A stretch of 64,000 nt of DNA from Marsupella aquatica. Its lineage: Eukaryota > Plantae > Marchantiophyta. Positions 60,191-64,000 of this stretch are shown here, one piece after another. The stretch is taken from contig OZ316898.1 of NCBI GenBank assembly GCA_973895155.1, positions 2,765,927 to 2,829,926 of the forward strand, given 5' to 3'. Under the pieces are notes generated by a model. The model was not told the origin of the DNA. It saw only the letters and a program-made list of their open reading frames with translations, and did not search any database. The number at the start of each line of letters is the position of its first letter. The first letter of the stretch is position 1. Made by a program: the position numbers and the translations under genes.

Positions 60191-61289
60191 CAAGGTAAAA
60201 GTAGCAGCTATAAGCTCTGGTGGGATCTCAATCTCAGACTTTGTCACAAATAGGATTCTTAAGCTTGCATGAGTTCTACTCTAATATGCATTTCTACCTG
60301 GGTTTGATACAAGGAAGATATTTGAGATCACATTCCAGTTCATAGGTGTGGAAGGAGATCCCATCCGAGTTGACTCAAAGTAAAAAAGAAAAGAGTCTAC
60401 TCAGAAAGATTCCCAAGAACAAAACGATTCCAAAGATACCCAGCGAAAACACGAGGGCGAGAGGTTCTAGGTTTCTGGGGTTTTCATTTGCCCTTTCTTT
60501 TGAGTCTCCTATTTGTCTTATTTGGACCTCTTTCGCTTTTTCTCCATTGTACTTTATGCTGGCACCTTTTCAATAAATTGGTTTTTTTCCCCTCCTAGAG
60601 GACAGGTGAAAAGATATCGAGTCCGGCCCCTCTTTCCTTCCTATCCGTGGGCCCCGCACAAAGATATCCCAACAGACGAAGTGTGGCCCCTGGTCGTTCC
60701 CTTCCCTCTGTGGACCCCATGGAAAGAAATCCCGTCCCGTAAAATGCCATCTTCGCTCCAAACGGAAGGCCGTCGATCGTCGGACTCACCAGCCAGCCAG
60801 CCAGCACGATTCCGGAATTAGCAGCAAGTCTGATCCTAAAGCAAGCGCGATTAACTGGCCAAAGTACGGTCACTACGGTAATTAGATTCCGTAAGCTACA
60901 CTTGTAACACAAAGGTGCGCCCACTGGAGTCCGCACTGGATGGGGCGCTTTTCCCTGCAGCGCTGCACGCGGATTGGCTGCCATCCTTCAGCACCGTCCG
61001 GACCGGGCTGATGTGGCGCAAGCTGGCCCTTGCCAGGCGTGGCACTAGTAACGAGCGTCCGATCGCCGACATCGACGTCCACAGGGCCGCTTTAGGAGAG
61101 AGCCTCCACTCCCCGTCTTTCCCTCCCGTAGTTCCGTGTTTCTCTGTCAAGGCCTTGCTTGCTGCTTCTCCGCTTGATGGTTGCCTTTCTGAGTTTCTGC
61201 CCTGTGGCAGAGGGCTCTCTCTCAATTGGAAGATATCTTTGGTTTTTTTGCGCGTCTCCCTTCTCCTCGCGGAAAGGCAAATGAGGCCT

Positions 61290-61430
61290 GGTGGTGGGGA
61301 TGGGAGTGGGGATGGGGGTGGGGGCTGACGAGCCCTCTTCGTTCCAAGAGGCTATAATGGGGTGTGGTGGTGGGGCAAGGGCTGACGAGCCACCTTAGTT
61401 CCCAGAGGCTAATGGGTGTGGTGGTGGGGG
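61290..61430. repeat. ~57-bp imperfect tandem duplication
   Basis: gggctgacgagcc.c.t..gttcc.agaggct..aatggg.tgtggtggtgggg x2. Confidence 0.8.
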
Positions 61431-62279
61431 CTTGCTAGAGGCCAATCTGAAAATGAGAATGGTGGTGGGGGACTGGGCAGTGTGTCTTTTTGATGTGATG
61501 CCAAACAGGGTGACGAGTGCTTACGACTGTGGGAGGTAGCTAGGAGTGAAAAGTGTTCCACACATCTAATTTGTACCGGTAGATCATTTTAGATTTAAGG
61601 AGTGTCGTTCGATCAGATAACGAAGCTCAGAGTGGAATAAGGAAAGTGACAAACCCCAAACCCCAAAACGTGCATTTTTCCTCAGATATAATCTGCATCA
61701 ACGCGATTTGAAGAGCACGGTTGGATCTGGCAACCAGGGTTTAGGAAGCATGAGAAAGACAAGATTTGGTCCAAAAAATTGTTTATTCCCTTTGTATAGG
61801 AAGCCACTCCAGATCTTGAGTAAAGATTCGACAAAAATTAGCCAATTAAAAAAGCAGTGCTAGTGGCCTCGCCAGCAGTGGATGATTGGATTGGGCACAC
61901 ACTCAGAGACACAGAGAGAGGGAGAGAGAGAGACAGACTGGTGAGAGCAGGATCCGACAGAGGGGCAAAGATTTGTTTTGTTCTACTCTGCACTTGTAGT
62001 CCTATAGTCCGAAGGTGTGGCTAAGAACCTGGAACCGGTGGACTTGCTGCAGACGACTGCTTCCAGCCTAGACTTCCCTACCATAGTCTAGAAAGGACTA
62101 GGGCAAATCTATCTAATCTAACAATATAATACATATATGCGAACGTATTCTTCAAGACGTACTCTGGAGTGACTCTTGGGGTGTAACTAAAGTTGGGGGA
62201 TGTGGGTTAAAAACTATGATTTGGGCAGGGTGAGTCTATGAAAATGTCTCACTGGAAACACATTAACCCCAAATCAATG

Positions 62280-62900
62280 GGCAACTGCCTTATATGTCCT
62301 TGTCTCCATTCATGCTCAAAGAACCGGCAGTCAGGCTGGTTGATTATTTATCTCGTGAAGGGAGACGCACAACAAGGGACTTCAATATATAGTCAAGCCT
62401 TGGCAACTGTCTTAAAAATCCTCATCTCTATATATGCTCAAAGAACAGGCAATCAAGCTGGTTAATTATTTATCTCATGAACGTTGACGGATGATAAGGG
62501 ACTTCGATCTTGAGTGAAGCCTCTAGACCAAACTCTCCGGCACAGGTGGAACTGAAAGAGGCACTGATACTCATCATATATATGGGAGCAAAGGTATGTG
62601 GAACTGAAACAGGCCCACTCTGGTACTCACCCATATATATGGGAGCAAAGGTATGTGGATCCAAAACAGGCTCGCTCTGGTACTCACCATATATTTGGGG
62701 AGGTATTTGTTTGATCGACCCCCAAAATGAAATTTGTTACTTGATCAACCCCCTGAGGTCTATGAACGGCTCAGATCTGAGATCGAAAGGTCCATCAATG
62801 ATCCAGATTGGGGAAAAGTATGGAGTGGTTGATTAAGCAAACTTTTTCCTGAAGGGGGTCTACTAAACATATCCCTCTATATTTGGGAGCAAAGGTATGA
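62280..62900. repeat. Nested local duplications (120-bp pair and 58-bp tandem units)
   Basis: ctcaaagaac.ggca.tca.gctggtt.attatttatctc at 62316 and 62437. catatatatgggagcaaaggtatgtgga...ctctggtactcacc at 62574 and 62632, with a partial copy at ~62878. Confidence 0.85.
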
Positions 62901-62959
62901 CACTGGGGCTACCTGAGCAAAGATAGTAGTAATAATAATAATAATAATAATAGTAGGGA

Positions 62960-63378
62960 GAGCAGTAAGTGGTGGTACTCCTCGTGCCCAAGGAGTGCGT
63001 GTGGGCTCGGGTGCAAGTTGCCAAGCGAGCGAGAGAGCGAGGGAGCGAGGGAGATGTGCAGTTGGTTGCTTGTTGGCAAAAGGCAGGGAGGCAGGGAGGC
63101 AGGGCGGATTTAGAAGTCTTGGTTGCTTGCTTGGCGGCTTGGTGTGGCTTGCTGCCTGCCTGCTTGGAGGCTGCTTCGGAGTCTGCTTGGGTGGCCTCGC
63201 CTGGTGGAGGATGTGGCTCGAGAGGAGACGAGGAGCGACACGGATCGTAGACGAGGAGCGACACGGATCGTAGTGGTGGCTATCTGCTAGCTCATTCACT
63301 TGTTAGGATTGTTAGGATTGTTAGGATCGTGCCCTGCTCTCCTTGGCTGCGTTGCAGTTTACAGGTCTCGGCAGCTCG

Positions 63379-63416
<38 letters not shown>

Positions 63417-64000
63417 GAGAATCTGTGGGTTATAGGGGAGGGCGAGGAGGATTATTGTGTCATTCACTCTGTTGGGGAAATCCTGGTTGAGTCGTTGTGG
63501 GAGCGTTCGTTGGCTCGGTCGTGCAAGGCATCCTTTTGCGGCGCCGTGGTGGTGGTGGTAGTGGTGTTGGGGCCTTTGATTGTGTCGATTTTGACTTCTA
63601 TGCCGGTATGTGTTTACTCTTTCTGCCTTCATCAATCTGTTTCTCTCATCTCTCGGGCTCTGTGTCTGCTTATTTCACCTAGTGATTGAGGGAGGAGAGA
63701 GTTGTAGAAGAAAGCGCTCGTAGCACGGCAAGTGTATATTGCGTCTGTGGCGCATGTCTCGCCGTGAGTTTGTGTGGCTGGCTTCGTTTCTGCCATGATG
63801 GCTGTGGGTGGGTGGCCATCTCTGCCTTTGAGCCGGCTACAGATTGAAGGACTGAGAGGAAAGACTAGAGACGAGGGAGGCAAGTAAAGGAATGGTGTGA
63901 GAGAGATTGGAGGAGACAGATTGGAGGAGAGAGATTGTAATTGAATAGCGGCGGAGAGATCATGATGCATTTTGTGGAATGGTACATCGACGCCTGGGCT
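62960..64000 (+). promoter_or_regulatory. Probable 5' leader (and first intron) of a gene continuing beyond the window
   Basis: GC/GA-rich low-complexity style like the SEC leader, with (GA)n at 63383-63410 and a candidate donor CCG|GTATGT at ~63606. No recognisable CDS. Confidence 0.4.

Noticed and set aside
62108-62140. Helitron-like 5' end (A|TCTATCTAATCTA)
   Set aside because: No matching hairpin-CTRR 3' end was found in the window.
62863-63970. 90-140 aa ORFs at the right end
   Set aside because: Microsatellite-driven (poly-Y/I, ER repeats), consistent with untranslated leader sequence.

Overview
Eukaryotic nuclear DNA from a land plant. Gene and intron style, long GA-rich 5' leaders and the TE spectrum suggest a bryophyte-grade plant, but this is inference. 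Three protein-coding genes are supported: an HMA-domain protein (2042-2896, -), a 2-exon yippee-like gene (14452-18019, -) and a 27-exon O-GlcNAc transferase SECRET AGENT (SEC; 33316-42124, +). A fourth gene probably starts near 63 kb and runs out of the window. The rest is a TE graveyard: a full-length but disabled Ty1/copia element (19103-25759, 343-bp LTRs, TSD TTCTC), a related solo LTR (11878-12224, TSD CATCA), decayed L1-type LINE pieces and several MITEs. The most notable component is about six fragments of restriction-like-endonuclease (CRE/R2-group) non-LTR retrotransposons in two subfamilies, three of which pile up at one TA-rich spot near 53.1-53.8 kb. There is also a hidden degenerate duplicate of the yippee locus (721-1300) from which the main coding exon was deleted. 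All alignments were made by eye; no database searches were run.
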